From assembly GCA_052034745.1 (NCBI GenBank), contig JBPOIF010000009.1:1-49844 (forward strand): 49,844 bases of DNA, given 5' to 3'. The position numbers and the translations under genes were made by a program. The stretch comes from Candidatus Nomurabacteria bacterium. GTDB lineage: Bacteria; Patescibacteriota; Minisyncoccia; Phycocordibacterales; UBA9973. The notes under the pieces are model-generated. The model was given only the letters and a program-made list of their open reading frames with translations. It made no database searches and was not told where the DNA came from. Of the stretch, positions 30,508 through 41,074 are shown piece by piece. The stretch's first letter is position 1; each line of letters starts with the position of its first letter.

Positions 30508-32361
30508 ATGAAGCAATGGAATACCGCACCTGAACTCCTCATTTATCTGAACCAAACCTATACAAATCTCCACCAAACTTTTGAGAAGCTTTTTTGGGTC
30601 TCTGCAATGGGTGATCATTCGGTAAATAAAAAAAAAGAAAAAGCGCAAGTCACTCTTGACTCTTTTCGGGGCGACAGAGATCTCTCTCGAGCTGTGAATG
30701 TTTTGCTTCCAAAAGAAAGTGGTGAGACAAAGGAGCGGTTGGCGCATTGGGATCGATTTTTTTCTTTGCACCAAGTCCCTGATAAGGCAAAAAAGATAAA
30801 AGAAAAAATATCAGCACTTGAAACAAAGATCAACACTGCTCGTGCAAAGCGTAAGGAGGGCTACCAGGACCCGTATACGAAACGATTTGTCGAAGCATCG
30901 TCAAATGCAATGGGGTCGCTCATGATCTCTCATGAAGACGAAGGTGTTCGAAAGGCATGCTTTGATGCACGAGAAAAACTTTCGGTACAACATGTTGTTG
31001 ATTATGTTCGACTTGTTGCTCTTCGAAATCAGTATGCAACCATACTCGGATACCGCGATTTTTACGCGTACAAACTTGCAATCGAGGAAGGGATGACCAA
31101 GAAGGACCTGTTTCCACTTTTTGATACCATCTACAAAAAGACAGCATACGCATTTAAAAATCTTCGAGCACTTGAGAAAAAGATGCCAGGGCTTCGAAAG
31201 CCTTGGAATTTCTCTTTTTTGCTTTCGGGGTCGTTTACTCACGAAGAAGACCCTTATTTCCCTTTTGAAGAAGCACTCACTCGATGGGGGCAATCATTTT
31301 CCGCGCTCGGTATTGATTATGCACAAGGAGCTCTCACACTTGATCTCCTTGACCGAAAAGGAAAATACAACAATGGTTTTTGTCATTGGCCGGTCAATGT
31401 CTACTATGACAAAGCGGGCAACCGAGTACCAGGGGTCTCTGATTTTACCTGTAATGTCGTTCTTGGGACTCCGGGGGACGCAAAGAGAGGGTATGTCACA
31501 CTCTTTCACGAAGGGGGACATGCAGCGCACCTTTTGAATGCTGATATGAAAGATACCTGTGTGACGAGTGAATATCCGCCACTTTCGACTGCGTGGGCTG
31601 AAACACAGAGTATGTTTCTCGACACAGTATTTTCGAGTATGGAATGGGTGCATCGATACGCAAAGACTCGGGAAGGGGCGTCATACCCATTTGAGCTTTT
31701 TGAGCGAAAGGTAAAACAACTGAGCCCGCTTCGCCCTCATGGGATAGTTTCTGCAGTTTCAGCTGTCTGCGAATTTGAAAAAAAGGTATACGAAGAAAAG
31801 AACCTCACCAAAGATCGAGTGCTTTCACTCGCACGATCCGTTTACAAAAAATACAATGATTTTACGGTGGATTCGTACCGCATCCTTAACATACCGCACC
31901 TTTATTCATGGGAAAGCGCATGTTCGTATCATGGCTATGGTCTTGCAACGCTGGCACTTCATCAATGGCGTGAGTATTTTTACAAAAAGTATGGGTATAT
32001 CGTTGATAATCCAAAAGTAGGGGAAGAAATGAAAAAAGTCTGGCGTCTCGGCGGGTCAAAGACGTTTCCAGAATTTGTTGCCCTTGCAACAGGCAAGAAA
32101 CTTACCGCGGATGCATATCTTGCATCGGTGACGATGTCTGATGCACAGCTTATCAAAAAAGCAAAAGAGAGGATCGCAACATTGGAGAAGAAACCACTGC
32201 ATATAAAAGCGCTTTCGCTTAATGCGTCTATTAAGCTTGTTCATGGCAAGAAGTTGATCGCTGACAATACAAAAGGGTTTGAAGCGATGGCTAAAAAATA
32301 CGCCGTGTGGCTCAAGGGTCAGTATCCAAAAAAGGTTGCCCAAAAAAAGGCAAAGAAGTAA
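30508..32361 (+). CDS. M3-family oligoendopeptidase (PepF-like)
   Basis: TLFHEGGHAAH HExxH motif in an M3-like context. 617 aa. Confidence 0.78.
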   Translation: MKQWNTAPELLIYLNQTYTNLHQTFEKLFWVSAMGDHSVNKKKEKAQVTLDSFRGDRDLSRAVNVLLPKESGETKERLAHWDRFFSLHQVPDKAKKIKEKISALETKINTARAKRKEGYQDPYTKRFVEASSNAMGSLMISHEDEGVRKACFDAREKLSVQHVVDYVRLVALRNQYATILGYRDFYAYKLAIEEGMTKKDLFPLFDTIYKKTAYAFKNLRALEKKMPGLRKPWNFSFLLSGSFTHEEDPYFPFEEALTRWGQSFSALGIDYAQGALTLDLLDRKGKYNNGFCHWPVNVYYDKAGNRVPGVSDFTCNVVLGTPGDAKRGYVTLFHEGGHAAHLLNADMKDTCVTSEYPPLSTAWAETQSMFLDTVFSSMEWVHRYAKTREGASYPFELFERKVKQLSPLRPHGIVSAVSAVCEFEKKVYEEKNLTKDRVLSLARSVYKKYNDFTVDSYRILNIPHLYSWESACSYHGYGLATLALHQWREYFYKKYGYIVDNPKVGEEMKKVWRLGGSKTFPEFVALATGKKLTADAYLASVTMSDAQLIKKAKERIATLEKKPLHIKALSLNASIKLVHGKKLIADNTKGFEAMAKKYAVWLKGQYPKKVAQKKAKK

Positions 32362-32370
32362 GCTACCACT

Positions 32371-34107
32371 ATGACCAGCAGTGAAATACGAAAACGATTT
32401 CTCGATTTTTTTGCAAAACGTAACCATGCGGTGCTTCCGAGCGCTTCGCTTGTTCCTCGTAACGACCCTTCGGTTTTGTTCAACACAGCCGGTATGCAAC
32501 CACTCGTGCCGTATCTGATGGGCGAGATGCACCCACAAGGTACTCGACTGGCAAGTTGTCAAAAGTGCGTCCGCACTGGAGATATCGATGAAGTAGGAGA
32601 CAATCGCCATCTAACTTTTTTTGAAATGCTCGGCAACTGGTCTCTCGGAGACTACTTCAAGGAAGATGCGATCGCGTGGAGCTACCAATTCCTCACCTCA
32701 AAAGAGGAAGGTCTCGGTCTTGATCCGGCGCGTCTCTATATCACAGTGTTTGAAGGCGATGACAATGCTCCTCGAGATCTCGAAGCGGTAGAAATCTGGA
32801 AAAAATATATTCCCGAGTCAAGAATTTACTTTTTGCCAGCAAAAAACAACTGGTGGAGTCCTGGGGATAATGGCCCGTGCGGTCCAGATACCGAGATGTT
32901 TTATGATGTGACGGGAACACTGGGAGATTTGTCACACGAGCAATTTGTTGCCGCTGATGATAAGGGAGAGGTTGTGGAAATCTGGAACGATGTCTTTATG
33001 GAGTATGAGAAAAAGGATGGCAAGGTGATCGGCAAGCTCGCGCAAAAAAACGTCGATACCGGGAGCGGTCTCGAACGTGTCACGATGGTGGTGCAAGGGA
33101 AATCAACTGTCTTTGGGACAGACCTGTTTGCTCCGGCGCTCGCTATATTGAACCAAGAGTCCGAAGTTTACAACGAACGAAGCGCTCGCGTTGTCGCTGA
33201 TCATATTCGAACGGCGCTGTTTCTCTTTGCTGATGGTGTTCTTCCAAGTAGTAAAGACCAAGGCTATGTCTTGCGGAGAATCATTCGTCGAGCAGTCTTG
33301 CAAGCAAAGAAGTTGGTGCTTGCTGACGGCGCTCTCTGTCGAATCGCAGAGCTCTACCAAGAACTTTACAAAGACCACTATAGTGAAATAGTTGATACAA
33401 AATGGATTGAACTTCTCGCACAAGAGGAAGCAAAATTTAAAAAGACGCTTGAAGCAGGACTGAAAGAGTTTGAAAAAGGGATTGATCCATTTCTCCTCGC
33501 TACTACCTATGGTTTCCCTATAGAGATCACTGAAGAGCTCGCAAAAGAAAAAAATGAAGTGATTGACCGTGCTCTTTTCGATACAAAGATGAAAGCCCAT
33601 CAAGACGCATCTCGTGCCGGCGCTGAGCAGAAATTTAAAGGGGGACTTGCAAATACAAGCGAAATAACGACGAAGCTTCACACAACGCACCACCTTCTTC
33701 TGGCTGCTCTCCAGCAGGTCCTTGGGAAAGAGGTCAAACAACGAGGAAGCAACATCACTGAAGAGCGACTCCGTATCGACTTTTCTTTTGATCGCAAGAT
33801 GACTGATGAAGAAAAAAAAGCAGTAGAAAAGATCGTCAACGATGCTATTGTCGCGAATTACAAAGTCGTTAAACGTGAGATGCCAAAAGAGGAGGCTGAA
33901 AGTCTTGGTGCTGAGATGGAGTTTGGAACCAAGTATCCTGATGTTGTATCGGTGTACTTCGTCGAAGATGAAGCAGGGCATGTCATCTCCAAAGAATTTT
34001 GTGGTGGACCACACGTAGAACACACCGGAGCTCTTGGAAAGTTCACTATTCAAAAAGAAGAAGCCGTCGCACAAGGGATTCGTCGTATAAAAGCCACGCT
34101 TTCATAA
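32371..34107 (+). CDS. alaS: alanine--tRNA ligase, short form lacking the C-terminal C-Ala/DHHA1 region
   Basis: IRKRFLDFFAKRNH, FNTAGMQP, FFEMLGNWSLGDYFK, and editing-site HTTHHLL...CGGPHV. Only 578 aa. Confidence 0.92.
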   Translation: MTSSEIRKRFLDFFAKRNHAVLPSASLVPRNDPSVLFNTAGMQPLVPYLMGEMHPQGTRLASCQKCVRTGDIDEVGDNRHLTFFEMLGNWSLGDYFKEDAIAWSYQFLTSKEEGLGLDPARLYITVFEGDDNAPRDLEAVEIWKKYIPESRIYFLPAKNNWWSPGDNGPCGPDTEMFYDVTGTLGDLSHEQFVAADDKGEVVEIWNDVFMEYEKKDGKVIGKLAQKNVDTGSGLERVTMVVQGKSTVFGTDLFAPALAILNQESEVYNERSARVVADHIRTALFLFADGVLPSSKDQGYVLRRIIRRAVLQAKKLVLADGALCRIAELYQELYKDHYSEIVDTKWIELLAQEEAKFKKTLEAGLKEFEKGIDPFLLATTYGFPIEITEELAKEKNEVIDRALFDTKMKAHQDASRAGAEQKFKGGLANTSEITTKLHTTHHLLLAALQQVLGKEVKQRGSNITEERLRIDFSFDRKMTDEEKKAVEKIVNDAIVANYKVVKREMPKEEAESLGAEMEFGTKYPDVVSVYFVEDEAGHVISKEFCGGPHVEHTGALGKFTIQKEEAVAQGIRRIKATLS

Positions 34108-34129
34108 ACGCTCGTGATATACTCTCTAT

Positions 34130-35308
34130 ATGTTTGGTTCAAAAAAGCGCCATGGCACTGCGATTGCGGTATTTGATGTGAGTTCATCAAGTGTCGGTGG
34201 TGCGCATGCGTTGTATCACCCACAAAATACTTCACCGCTTACTCTCGTTGCAAATATTCGCTCAGATAGTACGCTTCAAGAAGACATAAATATGAAGCGT
34301 TTTGTTTCTGATACTGTTCATAATATCGAAACGGTTGCTTCATCACTGCGCAAGGCAGACATGCACAAGCCTTCACATATAGAGATAGTCCTCGCGTCTC
34401 CTTGGTATGTCTCCCATACAAGAACTATCTTGTATGAGCAGGACACGGCATTTGTCTGCACCAAAAAACTGATCGCCAAGCTTGTTGACGAGGAGATAGC
34501 TCATTTGGTTAAAAATGAACTTGAACGATTTGGTACCTACGGAAAAGAGGGAACGATAGTAGAGAAGCAGATTTCGATGGTGCGACTCAATGGGTATGTC
34601 ACGGGTGACCCTTTTGGAAAAAAGGCAAAAAGAGTTGAGCTTTATTTGACGGTCACCATAGTCCCAAAAGGGATTGTCGATGAGTTTACGGGCGCACTAC
34701 AGCGCATATACGGTACTCATTCGATAAATATAACGACGAGCCCGTACGCGACTTTTGTTGTTGCACGAGACTATCTCAATAACGGCCAGGAGTGTGTCAT
34801 TATCGACGTAGGAGAGGAGGTGACCGATATCGGCTTTGTTAAGAACGGTCTCTTTAGTTACCAGCATTCTTTTCCAGTAGGTATCTATGGACTGTATCGA
34901 GCCCTCATTCAGGGCGCGGGGCATACTCCAGTGGAGGCAAAAGCGGTAGTGGAAGCATTTCGCTTGGGGAAATTGAGTGCTTCTGCAAAAACAAAAGTTG
35001 AAAAAGCGCTTGCGACGTTCTCTTCTGATTGGCAACGAGGCCTCCAAGAAGCCTTTGAACAGGGGCACTATGGATTTTGTTTGCCTGACTCGTGCTATAT
35101 CACTGCAGATCCTCGTTTTGAAGAGGTATTTCCTTCGATTATTTCAAATGATCATTTTATTCAGCAGACATGCTCAAGAGGACAGGTAAAGCCATTGTTT
35201 ATCAACGAAGCGATGCTCGCTCCTTTTATTGGTTCTCTCGATGCGGGGTATGATATCCCTCTTGCGACCGCTGCGCTTTTTGTTAGTAGAACAATTTCAC
35301 CACAATGA
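34130..35308 (+). CDS. actin-fold (FtsA/PilM-like) protein
   Basis: AIAVFDVSSSSVGGA and VIIDVGEEVTDIGFVKNG resemble ASKHA phosphate motifs. Confidence 0.5.
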   Translation: MFGSKKRHGTAIAVFDVSSSSVGGAHALYHPQNTSPLTLVANIRSDSTLQEDINMKRFVSDTVHNIETVASSLRKADMHKPSHIEIVLASPWYVSHTRTILYEQDTAFVCTKKLIAKLVDEEIAHLVKNELERFGTYGKEGTIVEKQISMVRLNGYVTGDPFGKKAKRVELYLTVTIVPKGIVDEFTGALQRIYGTHSINITTSPYATFVVARDYLNNGQECVIIDVGEEVTDIGFVKNGLFSYQHSFPVGIYGLYRALIQGAGHTPVEAKAVVEAFRLGKLSASAKTKVEKALATFSSDWQRGLQEAFEQGHYGFCLPDSCYITADPRFEEVFPSIISNDHFIQQTCSRGQVKPLFINEAMLAPFIGSLDAGYDIPLATAALFVSRTISPQ

Positions 35309-36567
35309 AGCTGTACGATGTCATCCGCAAAGAAAAAGAAAATGCTTCAGAGCTTTCTCGAAGAGAACAAGAGGGGAGCGCACCCAAGTTCAATGATTTT
35401 GAGCCAGCGCAGGGTCCACGATTTGTCCTGACACGGAAACGGCTTGTCATCATACTCGCGAGTATCGCGTTTCTGGTCATTTTGTATGTTGCAGGGCTTG
35501 CGCTCGTGCAAGCAAAGATCACGATTGTTGAACGGCGCATTCCCTTTTCGCTTTCAGATGCTCGGCTTGAACTGAGCAACCAAGAAAAAGCAGACGAAGG
35601 GAGGCTCTCGTTTCAGGCTATGGTAGTGACGACGTCGATCACAAGAGAGGTGTATGGCTCTGCGCTCACGACGAGCAATACGAAAGCAACAGGAAGTGTT
35701 GTGTTTTTTAATGAATATAGTTCTGCAAAACAGACGGTCAAGAAAGGGGCGATTCTTACTGCCACAAATGGTAAAAAATATGTCACACAAGCACAGGTTG
35801 TTGTTCCAGGATATACAACCGTGAGTAAGAAAAAGACAGCGGGGACCAGTCCTTCGGTGGCAATTGCGGCACTTGAGGTGGGCGAGTCATATAACAGTGA
35901 AGGTACTACCTTTTCTGTCAGTGGCTGGACCAACGCTTCAAAAACCTTTTATGCTCGTTCTACCGACATTGTCGGAGGAGAGTCGGGGGTCAGTCATACA
36001 CTTACCGCAAAAGAGCAACAAGATGCTGTCGCTACGTTTCAAGTCCAACTCGTTGAGCGTCTCAAGCGGGAGACAAGAGGGCAGATTCCTGATGATTTTG
36101 TGACATTTCCAGAACTCCAATTTCCGATTATTGATACAGAGTCTTTTGTGTTTAAGGGCGGAAAGGTTCGGTTTCCTGCCACAATGACAGGAACAATGGT
36201 CTCGTACCTTATCCCGAGAGCACTCCTCGAGCAGGCTATCGCTTCAAAGGCCATCACTGAGCGTTCATATCCACAAGTAGCAGTACCTTCACTCGGTGAT
36301 CTGACCTTTGACCTCCGTTCTGCTGTTCCCAATGATCCCAAAATCATCCCTGATGCGATTACGATTGGAGTCTCTGGTTCTGGTACTGTCATCACAAAAG
36401 TTCCTATCGACAAGATCAAAGAAGCGCTCATCGGGAAGCCACGGAGAGACTTCTCAGATGCAATCGTTGGCATCGCTGAAGTAGACACCGCACGCTTTCG
36501 ATTGCTGCCATTTTGGTCTCCTCGCTTCCCTTCGAAGTGGTCCAAAATAGATGTTTTGGTCAAATAG
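35305..36567 (+). CDS. hypothetical single-pass membrane protein (420 aa)
   Basis: ATGA overlap with the upstream gene. TM helix LVIILASIAFLVILYVAGLALV. Confidence 0.5.
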   Translation: MKLYDVIRKEKENASELSRREQEGSAPKFNDFEPAQGPRFVLTRKRLVIILASIAFLVILYVAGLALVQAKITIVERRIPFSLSDARLELSNQEKADEGRLSFQAMVVTTSITREVYGSALTTSNTKATGSVVFFNEYSSAKQTVKKGAILTATNGKKYVTQAQVVVPGYTTVSKKKTAGTSPSVAIAALEVGESYNSEGTTFSVSGWTNASKTFYARSTDIVGGESGVSHTLTAKEQQDAVATFQVQLVERLKRETRGQIPDDFVTFPELQFPIIDTESFVFKGGKVRFPATMTGTMVSYLIPRALLEQAIASKAITERSYPQVAVPSLGDLTFDLRSAVPNDPKIIPDAITIGVSGSGTVITKVPIDKIKEALIGKPRRDFSDAIVGIAEVDTARFRLLPFWSPRFPSKWSKIDVLVK

Positions 36568-36610
36568 TTGACCAAAAAATAAAAGAATAGTATTATTGTT
36601 TTTGCAACGC

Positions 36611-36823
36611 ATGTCAGAAAAAGAAGAAGCAGTAGTCCGCGGTACCGTCTCAGAGGCTTTGCCTAACACGATGTTCCGAGTAGTTCTCGATAGCGGCGAA
36701 ACAACGCTCGCTTATTTGGCTGGAAAGATGCGACTCCATAGAATCAAGGTTCTTGTGGGAGATACTGTCGAAGTACTCCCTGATTCATATGGAGGAAAGG
36801 GGCGTATTGTCAGAAGATTATAA
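36611..36823 (+). CDS. infA: translation initiation factor IF-1
   Basis: GTVSEALPNTMFRVVLDSGETTLAYLAGKMRLHRIKVLVGDTV. Confidence 0.92.
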   Translation: MSEKEEAVVRGTVSEALPNTMFRVVLDSGETTLAYLAGKMRLHRIKVLVGDTVEVLPDSYGGKGRIVRRL

Positions 36824-36870
36824 GTAGTGTATACTCCTGCGGCTTGATTTAGAGCAGTCTTTTTATTTTT

Positions 36871-36981
36871 ATGAAAGTACGATCAACAGTCAAAAAGATG
36901 TGTGAAAAGTGTAAAATCGTTAAACGAGGTGGACACGCACGCGTCATCTGTAGCAACCCAAAACATAAGCAAAAACAATAA
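36871..36981 (+). CDS. rpmJ: 50S ribosomal protein L36
   Basis: [36 protein letters not shown]. Not in the ORF track because it is under 60 aa. Confidence 0.88.
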   Translation: MKVRSTVKKMCEKCKIVKRGGHARVICSNPKHKQKQ

Positions 36982-36987
36982 TTTTTT

Positions 36988-37368
36988 ATGCGTATCTCAG
37001 GTATTACTATCCCAGAAAAGAAACAGCTCGCCATTGGTCTGACCACGCTCTACGGCGTCGGCTATACGACCGCTCGCAAAGTACTCGAGGAGGCAAAGGT
37101 AGACCCATCTCTCAAACCTTCAGATCTCACTGTTGAACAAGAAAACGCAGTTCGAAAATTGCTCGAAGCAAAAAACATCGAAGGAAACCTCAAGCGAGAA
37201 GTCTCTGGAAACATCAAACGTCTCAAGGATATCAAATGCTACCGTGGCACTCGTCACATGAAGCGTCTCCCTGTTAATGGACAGCGAACAAAGACCAACT
37301 CTCGTACTGTTCGAGGAAACGTTCGAAACACAATGGGAAGTGGACGTCGTAAGGAAAGTAAGACATAA
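36988..37368 (+). CDS. rpsM: 30S ribosomal protein S13
   Basis: MRISGITIPEKKQLAIGLTTLYGVG. Confidence 0.95.
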   Translation: MRISGITIPEKKQLAIGLTTLYGVGYTTARKVLEEAKVDPSLKPSDLTVEQENAVRKLLEAKNIEGNLKREVSGNIKRLKDIKCYRGTRHMKRLPVNGQRTKTNSRTVRGNVRNTMGSGRRKESKT

Positions 37369-37386
37369 CAATTTAGATATTACGCT

Positions 37387-37821
37387 ATGGGAAAAAAACG
37401 AATCGCAACTCAAGAGGGACAATTGGTAGACGCTGACAAACGAGCACGCGCTCTTTCACGCACCGCAAAGAAAAAGATCACAACAGTGATACTTGCCATT
37501 GAAGCTACCTTTAACAACACCAAGGCAGTGGTGAGTGATACGAAAGGAAATGTACTCTTTTGGTCTTCAAGTGGTTCACTTGGCTTCAAAGGAGCAAAAA
37601 AGGGGACTCCTTTTGCAGCATCAAAAGTAGGTGAGGTTCTCGCCGAAAAGTCTACCGCTGCTGGTATCAAGGAGGTAAAAGTAGTGGTCAAAGGAGTAGG
37701 AAGTGGTCGCGAACCACTCATCCGAGCCTTTGTTGCAACAGGGATAGAACTTTTGTCGGTAAAAGATCAAACCCCAGTGCCTCACAATGGTCCAAAAGCT
37801 AAGAAACCTCGTCGAGTATAA
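37387..37821 (+). CDS. rpsK: 30S ribosomal protein S11
   Basis: ATFNNTKAVVSDTKGNVLFWSSSGSLGFKGAKKGTPFAA. Confidence 0.95.
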   Translation: MGKKRIATQEGQLVDADKRARALSRTAKKKITTVILAIEATFNNTKAVVSDTKGNVLFWSSSGSLGFKGAKKGTPFAASKVGEVLAEKSTAAGIKEVKVVVKGVGSGREPLIRAFVATGIELLSVKDQTPVPHNGPKAKKPRRV

Positions 37822-37833
37822 TCAAAAATTTTT

Positions 37834-38442
37834 ATGAAAATCGGAGCAAAATACAAAATCTGTCGTCGCCTTGGTCCTGGAGTATACGAAAAGTGCCAGA
37901 CCCAAAAATTCGTACTTTCTGAGTCAAAGAAGGTAAAAGGCAAAAAGGGCGGTCGCCCAAAGGCTCTTTCTGACTACGGTCGTCAATTGATCGAAAAACA
38001 AAAAGTTCGTGTCTCATATGGTCTTTCTGAGAAGCAGCTTGGAAATTATGTTGAAAAGGCAATGAACACAAAAGGGATGCCAGTGATCGACAAGCTTGGA
38101 CAGTTGCTCGAAACTCGACTCGACAACGTCGTCTATCGACTTGGATTTGCAGGCACACGCCGCTTCGCGAGACAACTTGTTTCTCATGGACACTTCACAG
38201 TGAACGGCAAAAAGATGACTATCCCTTCGTACGCAGTGCGCGTAGGAGATATCGTTTCTGTGAGAGAAGGCAGTCGCAAGAGCCCTATCTTTGCTGAATT
38301 TGATAAAAAAGTGAAGAACTACACGTGGCCAAACTGGCTCAAACTTGTTCCTGAATCATTGCAGGGAGAAGTGAAGGCAATGCCAAAAAATGACGAGCAG
38401 TTCCTTCAGTTTGATACGGTGCTTGAGTTCTATAGCCGATAA
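37834..38442 (+). CDS. rpsD: 30S ribosomal protein S4
   Basis: LETRLDNVVYRLGFAGTRRFARQLVSHGHFTVNGKK. Confidence 0.95.
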   Translation: MKIGAKYKICRRLGPGVYEKCQTQKFVLSESKKVKGKKGGRPKALSDYGRQLIEKQKVRVSYGLSEKQLGNYVEKAMNTKGMPVIDKLGQLLETRLDNVVYRLGFAGTRRFARQLVSHGHFTVNGKKMTIPSYAVRVGDIVSVREGSRKSPIFAEFDKKVKNYTWPNWLKLVPESLQGEVKAMPKNDEQFLQFDTVLEFYSR

Positions 38443-38494
38443 AATAGGACACGAGTTTGTAAAAATTACAAATTAATTGTATAATCGACCCACT

Positions 38495-39499
38495 ATGAGC
38501 GAACAAAAAATCATTCTTCCATCAAAACCACGAGCTACTCTTGAAGAGGACAACAAGGGCGTCTTTGAAATAGACGGTCTCGTTCCAGGATACGGCTATA
38601 CGCTCGGCAACTCTCTTCGCCGAATCATACTCTCATCTCTCCCTGGTGCTGCGGTTACCGCCATCAAAATCGAGGGTGTCAGTCATGAATTTTCAACAAT
38701 CGAGGGTGTCAAAGAGGATGTCATCACCCTCATCTTGAACCTCAAAAACGTTCGCTTTGAACTCGCTACTGACGAGCCACAAAAAGTAACTATTTCTCTC
38801 AAAGGTCCAAAAGTAGTGACTGCACAAGATATCACTCCAAATGGACAAGTAACGATTGCAAACCCAGACCAGCATATTTGTGAAATAACTGGCAAGATAT
38901 CACTTGATATCGAACTTACTATCGAACGAGGTCTCGGCTTTGTCTCTCGTGATGCTCATCACAAGCAAAAGGCTGATATCGGCACTATCTTTCTCGATGC
39001 GATCTTTTCTCCTATTCGTCGCGTGAGCTACGATGTTGAAGAGATGCGTGTTGGTGACAAGACCAACTTCAATCGTCTCCGTATGACGATTGAGACAGAT
39101 GGTACTATTTCTCCTCGTGAGGCGCTTGAGCGATCAGTACACACGATGATCGATCAGCTTGCTGCTATTGTTTCTGTAGATACCGAAACAGTGATTGCTG
39201 AAGTACAAACTCGCATGACTGCTCACAAGATGGTTGCTCCATCAGTAGCATCACACGAAGAAGAGGTTGTCGACGGAGATGCCGGTGTCGATGTTACCGA
39301 TGTTATGAAGAACCGTATCGACGGAATCGGCCTCTCTACTCGCACCCTGAACGCACTCTCAGCTGCAAATATCCGCACTGTCGGAGGAATCGCTCGAAAG
39401 CGCGCTGAAGACCTCCTTGAGATCGAAGGGATCGGAGACAAGGGGATCACTGAGATCAAAGACGCCCTCGGACAATTCGGCTTGTCTTTGAAGGAATAA
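38495..39499 (+). CDS. rpoA: DNA-directed RNA polymerase alpha subunit
   Basis: [29 protein letters not shown]. C-terminal domain [19 protein letters not shown]. ATG at 38495. Confidence 0.92.
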   Translation: [334 protein letters not shown]

Positions 39500-39532
39500 T
39501 CCTGTATAACTGTTTGACCGAGAAAAATTACC

Positions 39533-39886
39533 ATGCGACACCATAACGCCAACAGAACATTTGGAAGATCAAAAAATCAACGAGCAGCGCTCTTGAAGGG
39601 TCTTGTCACATCTCTCGTATCAAACGAGCGTATTGAGACTACCGAAGCGAAAGCAAAGGAACTCCGCCCTGCAATCGAAAAGATGGTGACTCGTGCAAAA
39701 AATCCTACACTTGCAAACAAGCGCCACCTCCTCGCAGGTCTCTACAACAATGAGACAGCAGTCAAGAAGCTCGTCGAAGCGATTGCTCCACGATACATGG
39801 AGCGTGCCGGTGGATATACTCGAATCACCAAACTTGTCCCACGAAAAGGTGATGGAAGCAAGATGGCTGTTATAGAATTTGTATAA
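39533..39886 (+). CDS. rplQ: 50S ribosomal protein L17
   Basis: MRHHNANRTFGRSKNQRAALLKGL...GGYTRITKL. Confidence 0.92.
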   Translation: MRHHNANRTFGRSKNQRAALLKGLVTSLVSNERIETTEAKAKELRPAIEKMVTRAKNPTLANKRHLLAGLYNNETAVKKLVEAIAPRYMERAGGYTRITKLVPRKGDGSKMAVIEFV

Positions 39887-39891
39887 ACGAT

Positions 39892-40236
39892 ATGAACTAC
39901 ACGATTGATGCAACAAATAAATCATTGGGACGACTCGCAAGTGAAGTAGCTGCAAAGCTTATGGGAAAAGACTCAGCTTCATTTGTTCGAAACCAAGTTT
40001 CTGAGAACACCGTCACTGTCACCAATGCCTCAAAACTCAAGGTGGACCCACGCAAGCTTGAAATGAAAGGCTACGTCTCATACTCTGGGTATCCAGGTGG
40101 TATGAAGCGAGAAACGATGGCAAAGGTTGCCACCACCAAAGGCTACAGCGCAATCGTCGAGCGTGCAGTCAAAGGCATGCTTCCTGACAACAAGCTCAAG
40201 AAAAGCTTTCTGAAGCACCTTACCGTAACCGAATAA
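39892..40236 (+). CDS. rplM: 50S ribosomal protein L13 (short)
   Basis: IDATNKSLGRLASEVAAKLMGK...YVSYSGYPGG...VKGMLP. Confidence 0.85.
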   Translation: MNYTIDATNKSLGRLASEVAAKLMGKDSASFVRNQVSENTVTVTNASKLKVDPRKLEMKGYVSYSGYPGGMKRETMAKVATTKGYSAIVERAVKGMLPDNKLKKSFLKHLTVTE

Positions 40237-40241
40237 TTTTT

Positions 40242-40649
40242 ATGACGACAGAAAAAACAAAACACTATATCGAAACCATCGGCCGACGAAAGACTGCAAC
40301 AGCTCGTGTTCGTCTCACTCCTGCAACCAAGCAAGCATTTGTTATCAACGACAAAGATCTCGCGACCTATTTTGGTACTGAAGAGCTCCAAAAGATCGTC
40401 ACTGATCCATTTGCGAAACTCGAAGGAGGCACGCACTACAGTGTCTCAGTGAAAGTTGTTGGTGGAGGGATCCACTCACAAGCCGAGGCAGTACGCCACG
40501 GTATCTCACGAGGCCTCGTAAAGGAAAACGAAGAAACCAAGCCAAAGCTCAAGCAGGCAGGATTTCTCAAGCGTGACCCTCGTGCAAAAGAGCGCCGAAA
40601 ATTCGGTCTCAAAAAAGCCCGCAAGGCACCTCAGTGGTCAAAACGTTAG
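40242..40649 (+). CDS. rpsI: 30S ribosomal protein S9
   Basis: GRRKTATARVRL...GGGIHSQAEAVRHGISRGL...RDPRAKERRKFG. Confidence 0.93.
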   Translation: MTTEKTKHYIETIGRRKTATARVRLTPATKQAFVINDKDLATYFGTEELQKIVTDPFAKLEGGTHYSVSVKVVGGGIHSQAEAVRHGISRGLVKENEETKPKLKQAGFLKRDPRAKERRKFGLKKARKAPQWSKR

Positions 40650-40654
40650 TAATA

Positions 40655-40690
40655 AAACAAAACTCCATTCAAAAGATGGAGTTTTGTTTT
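40655..40690 (+). terminator. Rho-independent terminator ending the ribosomal operon
   Basis: aaacaaaactccat-tcaaaag-atggagttttgttt. Confidence 0.8.
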
Positions 40691-40738
40691 ACATTGACTT
40701 TCATTTTATCTACTATAAAGTGAGAGAAAACATTAAAA

Positions 40739-41017
40739 ATGGAAACGGAGTACTTTTTCTTAATCTTTTTGATATTTTGGATAGTTATTCTTTTTTTTGC
40801 TTTGAGAAAATATCATAGTTACAAGTATTGTCATGAGTGTAAGAGAAAAACATTACATGAAGTGATAGATGCGGATGATAGATGGCGTGGACCAGGGCAA
40901 AAGCTAAAAAGACATGAGAATCTCAGATGCATGAGGTATAAAAAACACCCAGGCTATCGTCCGACTATTTCTGATGACAGATTTAAACCACCAGAAAAAC
41001 ACTGGCCTCTTATTTAA
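40739..41017 (+). CDS. small membrane protein with CxxC (92 aa)
   Basis: TM FFLIFLIFWIVILFFAL, then CHECKRK. Terminator at 41022-41045. Confidence 0.45.
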   Translation: METEYFFLIFLIFWIVILFFALRKYHSYKYCHECKRKTLHEVIDADDRWRGPGQKLKRHENLRCMRYKKHPGYRPTISDDRFKPPEKHWPLI

Positions 41018-41021
41018 CGAT

Positions 41022-41045
41022 AAGCCCTCTGCGAGGGCTTTTTTG
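41022..41045 (+). terminator. Rho-independent terminator
   Basis: agccctc-tgc-gagggct + tttttt. Confidence 0.75.
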
Positions 41046-41074
41046 TTTGTCATTTTTCTGTATAATAACCGCGT

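Noticed and set aside
33103-34074. Minus-strand 323-aa ORF
   Set aside because: It lies entirely inside alaS on the opposite strand and has no motif. The AlaRS frame is continuous with catalytic and editing signatures.
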